In this document: positions 63,748-64,000 of the stretch, one piece after another
Position numbering within the stretch: position 1 is the first letter of the stretch
Layout: each line of letters starts with the position of its first letter
From: Candidatus Eiseniibacteriota bacterium
GTDB lineage: Bacteria; Eisenbacteria; RBG-16-71-46; DASYSL01
Direction of reading: 5' to 3'
Assembly: GCA_031431875.1 (NCBI GenBank)
Contig: JANPEF010000008.1
Location: 2,284-66,283, forward strand
Length of the DNA: 64,000 bases
Translations under genes and position numbers: made by a program
Notes under the pieces: model-generated
Databases searched by the model: none
Seen by the model: the letters and a program-made list of their open reading frames with translations, nothing else
Told to the model about the DNA's origin: nothing

Positions 63748-64000
63748 GCGCGCGGGCGGCCGCGTCCTCATCCTCGTCGAAAACCTTCCAGTGCCGTTCG
63801 ACCGCCGGGTCTGGCTCGAATCGAAGGCGCTGACCCGCGCCGGCTGGCTGGTCTCGGTGATCTGCCCCAAGGGCGAACCGTGGACGGCCGAGTACGAAGA
63901 GATCGAGGGCGTCCACATCCACCGCTACGAGCCGCCGCCGCCCGCGAAGGGCGCGTTGTCGTACGTGTGGGAGTTCCTCTACTGCTGGCTGCAGACCCTG
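63728..64000 (+). CDS. GT4 glycosyltransferase, 5' fragment (continues beyond window)
   Basis: Open frame from ATG 63728 to the window edge: MSASPGERAGGRVLILVENLPVPFDRRVWLESKALTRAGWLVSVICPKGEPW…. This is a typical N-terminus of EPS-locus GT4 sugar transferases. Overlaps the dehydrogenase 3' end by 20 nt. Confidence 0.55.
   Translation, partial: MSASPGERAGGRVLILVENLPVPFDRRVWLESKALTRAGWLVSVICPKGEPWTAEYEEIEGVHIHRYEPPPPAKGALSYVWEFLYCWLQTL

Noticed and set aside
1-64000. Search for CRISPR arrays, rRNA, transposase/integrase genes, and PEP-CTERM (PEP…TM…basic tail) C-termini among all ORFs.
   Set aside because: No regularly spaced direct repeats, no rRNA-like conserved stretches, no DDE/tyrosine recombinase motifs and no ORF ending in a PEP-CTERM-like sorting signal were found by eye.

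Overview
This is a high-GC bacterial window; no taxon can be assigned from the sequence alone. The first ~9.8 kb is a conserved housekeeping block on the + strand. It runs: 3' end of an unknown gene, rbfA, truB, ribF, rpsO, pnp, an intrinsic terminator, then an M16 zinc peptidase. A convergent class-I aminotransferase, a DUF3108-like secreted protein and a conserved hypothetical protein follow.

From ~9.9 kb to the end of the window (>54 kb) the sequence is one very large exopolysaccharide/glycoconjugate biosynthesis island. It is organised as long operons of translationally coupled genes, with 4-nt ATGA/GTGA/TTGA start/stop overlaps throughout. Its content is:
- a Wza-like exporter, a PCP/Wzz chain-length determinant, a degenerate BY-kinase-like ATPase, a nucleotidyltransferase-fold protein and an AlkP-family phosphodiesterase;
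- two Wzx-like flippases, four GT4 genes (one a tandem double-GT4 fusion) plus a partial one, and four DPM1/GtrB/ArnC-like GT2 genes;
- six large polytopic membrane proteins: three GT39/ArnT-like, and three mutually paralogous proteins of an unnamed family;
- two AsnB-type amidotransferases, a PaaK/CapK-like adenylating ligase, a bi-domain (ADH-like + Gfo/Idh/MocA) oxidoreductase, a DegT-family aminotransferase, two SDR epimerase/dehydratases, a GMC oxidoreductase and a hexapeptide acetyltransferase;
- a CE4 polysaccharide deacetylase, a FemAB-like protein, a Wzy/O-antigen-ligase-like protein, two DUF2304 proteins, a SAM methyltransferase, a small PglC-like phosphoglycosyltransferase, a heparinase II/III-like protein, a UDP-sugar 6-dehydrogenase and an NYN-domain gene with atypical codon usage.

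The AsnB x2, CE4 deacetylase, FemAB-like, O-antigen-ligase-like, PCP and kinase-like genes together resemble exosortase/PEP-CTERM-associated EPS loci. No exosortase gene and no PEP-CTERM substrate gene is present in the window. No rRNA, tRNA, CRISPR array or transposase was recognised. Many long Arg/Pro/Gly-rich ORFs in the track are wrong-frame artefacts of the high GC content and were rejected.
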